DNA from: Eledone cirrhosa
Lineage: Eukaryota
Assembly: GCA_964016885.1 (NCBI GenBank)
Contig: OZ024740.1
Location: forward strand, 404,674,001 to 404,738,000
Direction of reading: 5' to 3'
Length of the DNA: 64,000 bases
In this document: piece by piece, positions 1 through 13,200 of the stretch
How positions within the stretch are numbered: the first letter of the stretch is position 1
Layout of the letters: each line of letters opens with the position of its first letter
Notes under the pieces: model-generated
Seen by the model: only the letters and a program-made list of their open reading frames with translations
Databases searched by the model: none
Told to the model about the DNA's origin: nothing
Program-made: the position numbers and the translations under genes

Positions 1-200
1 ATGTTAATGTACGCGTGTGTATGTGTGTGTGTATATATGTGTGTGTGTGTGTGGGTGGACCAGTATTTTTTTCCCCCTGGTAAAATGGTGTACATTATTC
101 GAATAATGTACACCATTTTACCAGGGGGAAAAAAATACTGGTCCACCCACACACACACACACATATATACACACACACATACACACGCGTACATTAACAT
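1..200. repeat. Perfect spacer-less palindrome
   Basis: 1-100 is the exact reverse complement of 101-200. Confidence 0.95.
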
Positions 201-494
201 ACAAAGAGACTTATACATACACACACACGCACTTCTCCGTATAAGACAAAAGCTGAAAAATATCTTTTGACATGCTAAAATACCCCCCATTGCTTACAGA
301 CACATTCTTACTGACCATCCCTGCTACCACGAATTACTCTGCTATATACACACACACACACACACACACGCACACTTATCTTAATAGCCATTTGACACAC
401 ATCCCTGCTAACCATTATCACAACATCGAACACCTTACTACTACTACACACACACACACACACACATATTTGTTGTGAAAGAGTCATTTCTCAA

Positions 495-740
495 TCTTGG
501 CGCAAAACCAATTTTTTATTCACATGACCTCTACCGACCAATCAAAATTGTTTTGACCACAAGAATTTTTGCAAACACCAAGTAGCGCTGGAGCCACTTT
601 TTTAACATAAAAACAGTCTTGGCGCAAAATCAATTTTTTACATTCACATGACCTCTACCGACCAATCAAAATTGTTTTGACCACAAGAATTTTTGCAACA
701 CCAAAGTAGTGCTGGAGCCACTTTTTTAACATAAAAACAG
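495..740 (+). repeat. Tandem duplication of about 123 bp
   Basis: tcttggcgcaaaa...aacataaaaacag present twice. Confidence 0.9.
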
Positions 741-956
741 GTAGAATTCCCAAAACTAATCAGATCAGAGCAAACAACACGGACACTCTATCTCAAAATT
801 ATTTTTGAAAAGCATTTAGAAATGCGCAACCGGTAAAAACTTAAAAACTTAAAACCACAACTGAATACTAACCCATACAATTACTAATACTCTTTTATTC
901 CTAATTAAACCATTTTTCAACTGTGAACAATTTGTCAGCATTTTCTATTCCGTTTA

Positions 957-1003
<47 letters not shown>

Positions 1004-1090
1004 TCCATTTTGACGCTATAGTCACATATATTATGGAATACTGTTGGCTTCTTGCTACAATAATTTCTATACTTTTCATTTATATATATA

Positions 1091-1617
1091 CTAGCAGTAA
1101 AGCCCAGCATTGCTCGGGGTCACTCAGTAGCTGTGTTAAAGTTACAATGTTAAGTTTCTTTTTTGGCTTAAAAACTGTAGTGTCTACTGTGCAGACTTGC
1201 ATGTGGTGTTTTTGATTAATATTCCCTCAACCAACAATATGCCTTATGAAGTTAAGAAAACATAACGATAACCCGAATGTTATAACAAAAGAGGATGCTG
1301 GGGATAAAAACTGCACTGGTTATTTATTAACAAAGATCGAAAATGTAAACACTGCAACGCAGAGAAAAACAACGTAAGACGCTCAATGTAAACAGACCAA
1401 AGGGAAATAACTCGTCACTTACGCTCAAAAATCGATACATTAGATTCGATTTTGTCACATAGGGTGGGTCAATTTGAAATATTCTTTTTCCGATGTCTTC
1501 GCTAGGGCTCAATGTACAAGTATAGCAATTTCGGTGCAATTCCGTCAGAGATTCTAAGAGGAGATGTGTGCCAAAAATCGATAGACAGACATACAACCAC
1601 AGCTTTATATATATAGA
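1091..1617 (-). mobile_element. Non-autonomous Helitron-like element
   Basis: On the minus strand it starts A|TCTATATATATAAAG and ends with a GC hairpin plus CTAG|T; short (CTGT)n near the 5' end; no TSD. Confidence 0.7.
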
Positions 1618-1761
1618 TAGATATATATATTACTGTTACATTATGCAATAAAACTAAAGTGAATATAACAGCATGTGTGTGATTTAAATGACTATCATGG
1701 CTTTTCCACAATGTAATTATATAGAGTATATATCCTGTTTATAATAGTTTTATAGTTTTCC

Positions 1762-2650
1762 AGGCCATAGCAGAGGAGTTTAAGACTGGCTGTCCGTGGG
1801 AACTTCTAGTTCCCATAGCTAAATCTGTCAAAGAATTAGAAAAGAAATCCCAAACTTAAAATCTAAACCTGTAATTAAAAGGTCTTAAAGTAAACCTACC
1901 AAAGAGAAATGGTTTAGTTAAACAGGAATCATCTGTCATCTGAGAAGTGACCATGCTTAATATGCAGAAAATATGCAGGCAGGAATTCCATATGAGGTAC
2001 CTAATATTTCAGTGCACAAGGTGTAGTAAGATCACAACTATGTTGACAGAGAAGAAATACTCTGTATGAGCCAGATGTCCACGAGTAAGAACACTCATAA
2101 AATATATTCTTTTAGAAATAGTTCATACATTCTGTTACTTAGATGACCTAATTAGCACTGCAAATGGGAGCTCTGAAAACATATTAGCTAGAGTAAGAAC
2201 AGGGTAGAAAAAGTTCAGGAAGCTATTACCTCTGCTGGCAACAAACATATTCTCTCCACAAATGAAGAGTAGATTATATGTGTGAGTACAAAGTTTGATG
2301 CTACATGATAGCAAAACAGAGACAATGAAGGCAAGCATTCTTCACTGGATTTTTAATGTGCCTAAATGAGCTGAAAGGAAAATCTGAAACTGTGCCTGAT
2401 AAAAGATTGAGCTAGTATGGATAAGCAATACATATTGAAGAAGGCAGTTAGATAAAGAAGTATCAAGCCATTCAAATAAGAGAAAGCTATGGTAGAGGAC
2501 AACCAAGGAAAACACAGGAAGAAGTGGTGAAAGCTGATCTCATGAGGCTGAATGTCATGAAAATAACAAAGAACAGCAGCAAGTGTTGACATGTAGTGTT
2601 GGTAAAAACCCATCCAACCGACACAAGAATAGGAAAATGTAGGTAAAATG
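1762..2650 (+). mobile_element. Highly degenerate RTE LINE fragment
   Basis: Nucleotide similarity to the other RTE copies (gaggagtttaagactggctgtccgtgggaact etc.). Confidence 0.7.
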
Positions 2651-2657
2651 TCTTTAA

Positions 2658-3724
2658 CCCTTTAGTGTTCAAACCGCCCGAAATCGCCCGAAATTATTTC
2701 CCGTTCAAACCGCCCGAAAAAAATTGTTCTAAAAATAAGCAAACCATCATCAAAATCTCGACAATTCGAGACTGTTGCGAGATTAGGTCCTTACCGCGAA
2801 AATTAACACTTAATATAGTGGAACAACTTAAAACAACAAGTGTTTTTTTAACTTTGAAAGTGCAACAAATTTTTTTTTTGTATCAACATGGCTTATGAAA
2901 GTAGCGATACCGACTTTGAAGGTTTTACACACAACGGCATTCAAAATAAACAAAAAACAAACGATAATATTAGTGATTTATCTTCAAATGAATTTGATGT
3001 TTATATTTCTGAAATTTCGTCCGGCGATGATTGCTGTTTTGAAAGTGAAAATGAAGGAGGTCTCCAAGGCGCCATTGAAAATATTACAGCAATGTGGTTG
3101 AAAAATACCACACTAATATATGTTCTGATTTTATTCAAAATACTGATCCACAACACACATTAGCTCCCAATGCTAAAGCATTGGATTATTTCTTTTTGTT
3201 TTGACCACAAACTTTCTTCGAAGTTGTGGCAGAAGAGATTAATCGATATGCCCAACAACAGATTTCAAATCGAGGAAAACCCGATCGGTTATGGCGACCG
3301 ACAAATGCTGCGGAAATGCAAGCATTTTTTACCGTAAATATTATGTTCGGTATAAAACAATTTCCAAGACTGTGGAATTACTGGAACACTGATATAAGGT
3401 TTAGTGATTCTTATATATCAAGTTTATGCCGAAAACAACGTATTTAAAATTAAACCAGTATTTGCACCTGGTTGATACTTCAAATGCCCCTATTAATTAA
3501 TTTCACCTGCCCATAAAAGTCAAATTTGACCAAAAAAAATCAGGTAAAATTATATAATTGTAAATTATTGATATTTAAACATCTGACAAAATTTCAAGCC
3601 TGCACATAGAAAATTAAGAAAATTACAAACAAATAAAATTGATAACCCTCTTGAGTATGATTAACTGAAAATAATGTGAACAGATAAACATGACGTTTGA
3701 CAAATTAATGTGAATGCTAAAGGG
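2658..3724 (+). mobile_element. piggyBac-like internally deleted element with transposase N-terminal relic
   Basis: TTAA|CCCTTTAG left end and CTAAAGGG right end; acidic N-terminus SDTDFEGF; EEINRYAQQ..W.PTNAAEMQAF..MFGIKQFPRLWNYW typical of PGBD transposases. Confidence 0.82.
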
Positions 3725-4152
3725 TTCAACAAACAAAAGCATAGAATATTCAGAGCTGGATCTATGGGTCAATGCCAGATACTTGACAAATACCTACATG
3801 GCAGTAGCCTATTTGAGCTAAGATAATCATGGTTTTGTCAACAACAACAATGGAAAATGAAAAGATACAGTATTTAACCTTCTTGATACCAAACTGCCTG
3901 GTTCTATGATACTAAGTTGTATATTTTAAAATACTTATCTTAAAAGCTTTCATCACAACTTTATGCAAGAAGTTTTGTTAATTATGCTCCAAATACTAAC
4001 TTAATGATGATAAAGTTAATTATATTATTAAATCCCTCCAAATTCTTAATTACTTTCTAAATGATTTGAAAATCATTGGCAATGTATTTTATTAGAAATA
4101 GGGTAAGAAAAGGGTTAAAATCATACAAAATACATTTGTTGGCATTACTTAC

Positions 4153-4275
4153 TGTTTATCAGCCTCAGACATCTGTAACAAATTATTTTTGTGCCTCAGA
4201 TCAGAATACAACTGCCTGATTTGATGTTGAAATTCTTCCTGCAAATTGTGTACAATTTCCTTTTTTGTTTCTCGC
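4153..4275 (-). CDS. CEP89: CEP89 exon (RETKKEIVHNLQEEFQHQIRQL...EADK)
   Basis: Acceptor attttaaag, donor GTAAGT, 123 nt, phase 2 to 2. Confidence 0.82.
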
Positions 4276-7200
4276 CTTTAAAATACACAGTTTAGCAAGA
4301 AACAGTCAAATAATTTTAAACAAAATTTTCTATAAAAATAATACGATGGTCATTATTCTGTTTTGCACATCAAATTTTAATTGTACATTTAAATAACTAT
4401 AATATTAATATCCTTATGAACGAGTGTTGTATGGTTGGACAGAGAAGAGTATTATTCATAAGAAAAGTGGTAACAGTAAGAGGGAATGTACAAAAACATA
4501 CATATGTGATATAGTAACAACTGCAGAAGTATTATCAGGGGAATATTAGTGAACAGAGGTGGCAGTGGTAGTGGTTGGGGCTATGTGTGTGTGTTAGTAT
4601 GAATGATACTTTTGAGTGGTAATATGTAACCCAGTACAACCTGTCACACAGTCAGGTCATTGGTGACTAAACTTGCAACTCCACCAAGTTTGATTGGTGG
4701 GGAGGGTGATTTTGGACCCCCTGCAGGATGAAAAACAAAACCTGAATTTGGCAATGCCTAATATCAATTAGTACTATTATGTACACGTCCCTTTATGATC
4801 TGAGTTCAAATCCCGCCAAGGTTAACTTTGCCTTTCATCCTTACGGGGTCGATAAAATAAAGTACCAGTAATGTACTGGATAATTGCTGACCTTGTGCCA
4901 AAAGTAGAAACAATTATGTACTATATTTATATTATGAATTCCTTTTATGCCTCCAAATATAATTGTTTCTACTTTTGGCACAAGGCCAGGAATTATCCCA
5001 GTGCATTACTGGTACTTTATTTTATTGACCCCGCAAGGATGAAAGGCAAAGTTAACCTCGGCGGGATTTTAACTCAGAACGTAAAGGGCCACGACTCTAT
5101 GTCTTCTAATATAATTGTTTCTACTTTTGGCACAAGGCCAGCAATTAGCCAGTACATTACTGGTACTTTATTTTATCGACCTCGTAAAGATGAAAGGCAA
5201 AGTTAACCTCGACGAGATTTGAACTCTGACCGTAAAGGGACGTAACTATGCTAGAAAGCATGGCATCCGACCTTCTACCGATACTACCAGTTTACCACCC
5301 TCTATGCCTCCTAATATAATGCTGACTGATGTTATATATTGTTCCTTTAAAAAAATAAAGTGAAGAGATTTGAGTCCTAGGCTCAGCTCACTCCAGCTGA
5401 CATTACCTTGAATGGGCCCCTTTTGAGGGTTATGGAACCCTCCCTGCTTAACTTCAAAATGCTAGGTTAGTTTTCAGTCTGTATTGAGAAGGGAGGGAGG
5501 ATTAGGTGCAAAGCTAGCAACCTTATCTCTATTAATCAAAGCCACAGAAATGATGAACAGATCCACATTGCCCAGTGTTTCATAGGGTGCAAAAGGAACT
5601 TAAGAAAAAGAAGAATACAACACTTCTCTGAAAACAAAGTCGTCTGCTTTTGAAGTTCTTTGAAACAATTTTAAGATGTAGAAAGAAAAGAAGACATCTT
5701 AGTGTTAAGCTTTGATGAAATCATATTTGTACCATGAAATTCTATATCTTAAATTACTGTGAAATATGTGAAGGATAATAAATAAATGTTATTATTGATA
5801 TTGGAGGTAAAAGAATAAAATGATCAAATACAAAGATGACTAGAAGGAGAACATTTGTTAGATTCACCCAAGTATGATAAACATACACATAAATAATAAT
5901 TCACTGGCTGGGTTTGTGGAAATTGCACAAATCCATAACATCTAGTGTACTTTTGTTCATCTGTCTTCCATGCTTTCCATCTACACTGGCTTCCTAACTC
6001 TATATTCAATAGTCTTAATATATTTCTAATGAAACTGCTATCATATTTGCTTTTCAATGAAACCCTACAATAAGTTAGTTGTTGAATGATATCCTCTAAC
6101 AGAAATACAATAAATTCCACTATATACTTACTCTTCAGAAAGTTTTTTCTTGTAAATCTGGAAAACATGAATGATAATTAATGACAGAAATTGGGAAATA
6201 TTAAATCTGTAAACAATTAGAAATCCTGATAGTAGAACAGAATTGATGATGATGATGACGGTGGTGGTGATGATGAAGATGATGGTAATGATGAAGATGA
6301 TGGTAATGATGATGATGGAAGGTGCTTTCAAGCTGATGATGATGATGAGGGTAATGATTGTAGTGGTAGCAGTGATGAGGATGATGATGATAGTGGTGGT
6401 GATGAAGATGATGATGATGATGGGGGGGAGGGGGTTGCTTTCAAGCTGCTGACAATGATGATGAGGATAATGATTGTAGTGGTAGTGGTGATGACGATGA
6501 TGATGATAATGACAGTGTTCATGCTGATGATGATCATTATCTGATTTCAGAAGACAACAATTTTCTAGAACTTAAGAAAAAACTTGTTCTATACATGGAA
6601 ACCATTGAGATCACATGATCATCATTAACCGCCTGGAAACTGTTCAGTGATGTGCAGCCAAGCGAATACCCTCCATCACGCATCTACCATACTCTGAACG
6701 CCTTGCTTCTCTGGCAACTGACTTGGTAAACACCCACAAAATCATTAAACATCTTGCCAACAACAACCCTGAGTACCTTTTTGTCTAACACACGTGGGCC
6801 TGCCAACAAAGTCAGAAAACAGCACAGCTCCCATGACTTTTGGAAACATTTTTTCACACTCAGAGTTGCTGAAGCGTGGAACAAACTACCTGCATCAGTT
6901 GTTAGCTGTCGAAACAATGCATCCTTTAAAACCTCCATGCTTCCTGAGATTCGCCAATACTACACCTGATCCCCCCCCCCCTCTCCATACACACGCACAC
7001 ATGTATTTCATGACTCGTACACTGTTCATTTTCCTGACATTTGTACATTATTCCATGTACTATACATGCACTTTTGATGAATTTAGTGCACCTGAGCACT
7101 GTACACAATCATTTCATTATTATTATTTGAAATTAGGATGAATCCCAAACATAAACATGGAAAATCATAGGCTAAATGATGTATTGCTTTTACATTATTA

Positions 7201-10200
7201 TTATTACTATTATATTCAATAATTAACCTTTTTGATACCAAACCCTCTATTTATTTCAAATCCATTCATCACAGTTTTATGTAAAATATCTTGAGCTTTG
7301 TTAAGGTTTAGTAGTTGATATGGCCCTGAAGAGAAAGGTTAGTGTTTGTAATGCAGTCTTTTACACAATAAAATATACTAAATCCTAGCACATTCTAAAA
7401 TTAATAACAAACCTTCATTGTGCTCTTCAGTTTTTTCTGTTTCTCTTCTCTCAGATTGGTTTTATCAATCAGTTTTAAAACAATTTCTTCATTGGCTTTC
7501 AACTGAAAATATTAATACACTTCAATAATTGGTATTGATGTTCCAAATTTACAAGAACAATTCAGATGAGCAATATTGCAACATTAATTTTAACAAAAAC
7601 TATTCTCAACAATTTACAAAGAAACAATTTAACCATTTAAAAGAAAAAAAACACAAAAGAAAACTATTGTATTAATTTTTCACTTATTCTGTGAGGTGTC
7701 AAAATTTTCAATATACCATCTGCAATCTAGTCACTGACACAATTCCTCTGAAGCTGTCACCGTGGCACTGTCAGTCTTTGATATGAAATGCATACATAAA
7801 AAGCATCTCATCTTGCAGAATCCTCATCACTTTTGATAATAGTTTCTAATTTAAGTACAAGGCCAGCAATTTTCGGGGAATTATATGGACTTCAGAAGGA
7901 TGAAGGGCAAAGTTAACCTTGGCAGAATTTGAACTCAGAACATAATGTGCTGTAACCATACACTGCAAAGCATTTTGTCTGAAGCTCTAATGATTCCCTC
8001 AATCTACCATCTTACATGAGTTTTGATAATAAAACAAAGAATTATCAGATCAAAATTGATGAAAATCAATACAAATGATAAACATAAAGAAAAAATAATA
8101 GTAAAATAGTTTAGAAGGAAAAACCAAACATTCATCACAGTAAGTGATAAAGCTGTGTGGAAGAATATATGATAGGATGAGTTGTGCAGTTAATCTAAAA
8201 AATCTTTTTTTTCTTCTTTGTGAAGGTCGTGGGGGCAGAGTCCTCAAGTACTCCTTCCAGTGGGTCCTGTCAGAAGCAGCTGTCTCCAACTGATCTGGTT
8301 GGAAACCCAAGTGAGACCAGCCAAGCTCGTGGATGTTATCTAACCATCTTGCATTACTGGTACTTTATTTTATCAACTCCGTAAGGATGAAAGGCAAAAC
8401 TAACCTCAGTGAGATTTGAACTCAGACTGTAAAGGGTCATAACTATATACCACAAAGCATGTTGTTCGACGCTCTGCCAATACTGCTAATAATAATTGTT
8501 TCTACTTTTGGCACAAGGCCAGCAATTATCCAGTACATTACTGGTACTTTATTTTATCGACCCCGTAAGGATGAAAGGCAAAGTCAATCTCGGCAGGATT
8601 CGACCTCAGATCGCAAAGGGAAGTAACTATGCTGCAAAGCATGGCGCCGGACCCTCTACCGATACTGCCAATTCACCGCCCACCAATAATAATAATAGTC
8701 AATCACTATAAATAATAGTTGAGAAAATCAGATAAAATACCTTGGAGATGAAAAAACGTGGACAGAGGTGCCTTTGTCTACTTTTTTAAAACTCCAGGAG
8801 TACTTTATCTGATTTTCTCAACTATTATTTATAATAATTGACTATTATTATTATGGTCATTTGTTGGCCTTGTGCCAAAAGTAGAAACAATTATTATGGT
8901 CATTTGTGTTGGGATGCCAACATTTCAAATTTTAAATGTATATATATATATATATTTCAAGATTTTCAAATGGGAATAAATTAAGTTTCATGATATTTAC
9001 TTTTTTTAGTTGGTCTTGAGAGAGTTGTTCTCGGTTATGAGAAATTTGTATAATATGTAAAAGTTTCTTGTTTTGAATTGCACATTTCCTAATAAAAATA
9101 TAATTGATATTTGTTAGAAAATTTAAAAATATTTAATACAAAGAATATAACTTTCAAAATGAATGCAATTTAAGAATAAGAAATGAAAAAGAAAAAGATA
9201 AAAAAAAGACAGAATAATAAAAAATATATATGAAATATTGAAAGATAATTTTAAAATGTCAAAATGGTTAGCAGAAAAAGAATGTGAGAGAAAAGGATGT
9301 TGATCTAGAGCAGGGTTTCCCAATCTTTTTTCAGCCAGCACCCCATTAGGGCGCAAACTGGGAAACACTGATCTAGAGCAATGCTGTTTAAACCTATTTT
9401 GTTGTAGAGCACTTCTATGATTTTCAAAAACTCATAGAACTCATACTTATATTATTCGGACAATCCTCTCATCTAATTTCAACATGACATTAGACAAAGC
9501 AAAAAACATACAATAAATCTTTATCACATTTTATTAAAATATGCCTTATCCCTTTAGCATTCACATTACTCTATATATACTATTATATTTTCATGGTAAA
9601 GGCTTTACCTCACATAATATCGAATCAATGAGATTTTGAAAGTATTTATTTTGAGAACAATACCTTTAGATCAGTTTGAGCGACCAATTACAGCCAGTTT
9701 CAACAGAAAGAGGTAGATAATTCTGGCCGGTTTGGGCTGGTTTGAACATAAAAAGGTTGAATCACAGAACCCCAGACTTTTCTCATAAATCTGGAATACT
9801 TGGGGGTTGGATTAACCCTTTAACATTTAAACCAGCTGTATCTGGCCAGAATTCTCTCACCTCTTTCTGTTTAAACCAGCCACTCCTGCTGATGTTAAGG
9901 TATTGTTCTCAAAATAAATAATATCAAAGATCATAGATTCAATATTATGTGAATTAATTATGTGAGGTAAAGCCTTTACCGTGTCAATATAATAGTAAAT
10001 ATAGAATAAAGTAAATGCTAAAGGGTTAATAGAGCAAAAGAAATCAAACATTAGCCTTTTCTTTACCAGATTTCTAATGGAATACGTAGTAATTCAATTA
10101 ATTAAAGAATTTAGAGGAATTTACTAAAGTTATTAATTATTTTATTAATAAGATGATATTTGTAGCATAACTTGTCAAAAGGTTCTTATACCAAATTATG

Positions 10201-13200
10201 TTGGATGATTTTAATTTAAACAGGTATTCTTTAAAATTTATGGTTTTGTTTCACAGAATCAGAGGTGATTTGGGGTTGATTGGTATCAAAAGGGTTAGAT
10301 TTTTTACCTCTTTGTAATTTTCAGTTCTTTCATTACATTGTGCATTCGCTCAATTTTATCTTTACAATGAACTTGTAACTCCTGAAATCTCTCTATTTTC
10401 TGGGAGGATTCCTGGAGGAAAAAAAATATATAAAACAAAATACAAGTAAAGGAACTGTCAAAATAAAAGAAATTAAAATCCAGTATTAGGAGCTAATTAC
10501 TTTAATGGATCTAAAATGACTTTCTTAAATGATTTCACTGTTAGCAAAATCAGTATAACATTTAAAACCTAAATGAAGTGGTTTGAATAAACTAATTGAA
10601 CACTTTTAATTCTTTTACCATTATCATCATTTCATTTTACATCCGCTTTTCCCTGCTTGCAAGGGTGGGACGGGAACTGATTCTGGCTTGATTTCTACAG
10701 CTGGATGCCCTTCCTAACACCAACCTCATTTACAGTGAGTGCTGGGTGCTTTTTTGCCGTGGCGCCTACACGTCCACTTTACAGTGTGGGCTGGGTGCTT
10801 TTTTGCCGTGGCACCTCCACGACCACTTTGCAGTAGAATGATAGGGACCCCAGTCCCTATCATCTCATTTCTACAGCTGAGTGAACTGGAGCAATGTGAA
10901 ATAAAGTGTCTTGCTCAAGGAAACAATACATCACCCGGTCTGCGAATTGAACTCACAACCTTTCGATTGCAAGGCCAATGCTCTAACCACTAAGCCATGT
11001 GCCTCCATGCTGTATCTTGTATGATAATTATAAATCGATTTGAGGAAGTAATTATCATCATAATAATTTTAACATTTGCTTTTCCATGTTAAAATGAGTT
11101 GAATAGGACTTTCTGAGGCAGCGTTTTATGGTCAGATAACTTTCCTGATTACAACCATTTTAGTTGCCACTTCCAACATGCAGGAATATGATGTATCTAG
11201 TCTACAGTGATGTCATCTTGAGATTTAAAATTGTTAACAAGTTTACTACTATTATGTTTTAATTAGCTATCTTGACTTAGTAGATACATTAAATATAGAT
11301 GAGGTACCATTGGTGTCATAATAAAATGTATTCACTACACTCTGAAAAGGGATTGATGATCGAATAGAGACAAAATAAGTTAGAGAGGGCTCTTTTATCT
11401 CGTCCAGGACATAACAACTTCTCTCATACTGGTACCATGATAAAATGCCCCCAGTACACTCTGTAAAGTTGTTGGCATTAGGAAAAACATTTAGCTATAG
11501 GAAGTATGCCAAAAATTGAAACAGGCAAGGAAAATGCAGTCCTTCTACTCATCTAGGAGAACAGTAACTCTGAATAACTGGGCCATAAGAAGCTGTTCCT
11601 GGTCAGCATGGAAAGCAAACATAAAACGATGATGATAATGCTGCTGATAAGATAAAGTACCAGTTTTAATACTCACTTCCAATTTAGCATTTAATTCTGC
11701 TTTCTCTTTTATATGTTTTTCAATAGTTCCATCAACATCCCTAGTAAAGAAAACAAAAAGTTTATAATTATTACTCAATTAATCTGATAAGACATATTCT
11801 AGTTTTTTTAACAAACAACACCAATTGGCTTGTAGTTAATCTTGTTTTGGAACTACATGGAGCCAAGACAACCATCCCCAGTTACCTATTCTACAGAAAC
11901 AGCAGCAAGCTTTATTCATTATGTTTCCCATATTCTGAAGAATATCTTGTGAAAAAGTGTTTACAACACCGACCACATTATACTGTGTACTGGGTGTGTT
12001 TTATCATAGCACCTGCACTACCACTTTACAGAGTGAGCTGAGTGTGTTTTATTGTGGTACCACCAATAAAAATATAGTAACAAAAGGGTTAATGAAAAAT
12101 GAAAAAAAAATCAATTTTGGAAGATTAATGTTTCTTCTTTTGGCACAAGGCCAGTAATTACCCCACTGCATTACTGGTGCTTTATTTTGTCGACCCCATA
12201 AGGATGAAAGACAAAGTTAACCTCGGTGGGATTTTAACTCAGAACGTAAAGGACCACAACTCTATGCTGCAAAGCATGGTGTCTGACGCTCTACCGATTC
12301 TGCCAAAGACTAATAATTGTTACTACTTTTGGCACAAAGCAGCAATTATTCCAGTGCATTACTGGTGCTTTATTTTATCGACCCTGTAAAGATGAAAGGC
12401 AAGGTTAACCTCGGAGGGATTTTAACTCAGAGCGTAAAGGGCCATAACTCTATGCTGCAAAGCATGGTGTCTGACACTCTACCGATACTGCCAAAGACTA
12501 ATAATTCTTTCTACATGTGGCACAAGGCCAGCAATTACCCAGTGAACTACTGGTACTTTATTTTATCGACCATGTAAGGATGAAAGGCAAAAATAATTAC
12601 AAAAAGGCATCAGGATTTAATGTATTCTAGTGGTTGAATTGTATGACTGGAAGAGAATACTTCCATGAAGCTCATTTCCTTACTTTGAAAAATTTCTTCA
12701 GAATTAGCAAATCAAGTGATTGTTGTTTTTTATTCTCCATTCCTGAGATTATACTCTTAATTCTTCTCTCATTAAGTCAGATAGTTGGCAGAATCATCAG
12801 AGTGCTGGAGAAAATGCTTAGCAATATTTGTACCAGCTTTTTACTTTCCTAGTTCAAATTCTGCCGAGGTCAATAAAATAAACCCCCAGCCAAGTACTAA
12901 GGTCAATAAATCAATTTTCACCCCCAAAACTACTGGCTTTGTTTCAAAATTCAAAATCGTTATTAAATTATCATGCATCACAATTTTAAATTCTTTAAAT
13001 CAATTCTAGTAAAGAGAAACATCATATTTATTATTACTATTACTAGAAACTGATATAAAATGTTATTATCTTTAATTGGGATATATCGATTAAGCATCCA
13101 GTTCACAGTAAAGTAGTTGTGTAGATGTCATGACAAAAAGCACCCAGCTCATACTGAAAAGTGGTCATGAAGGTGTTATGAGAAAAAGCACCCAGCCCAC

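Noticed and set aside
1630-1735. Candidate final CEP89 exon
   Set aside because: Poor acceptor and no similarity in the required phase; the last exon is probably outside the window.
6128-6537. Poly-M, poly-I and poly-S ORFs
   Set aside because: Product of the (GAT)n repeat; only the 26-nt micro-exon at the end is credible.
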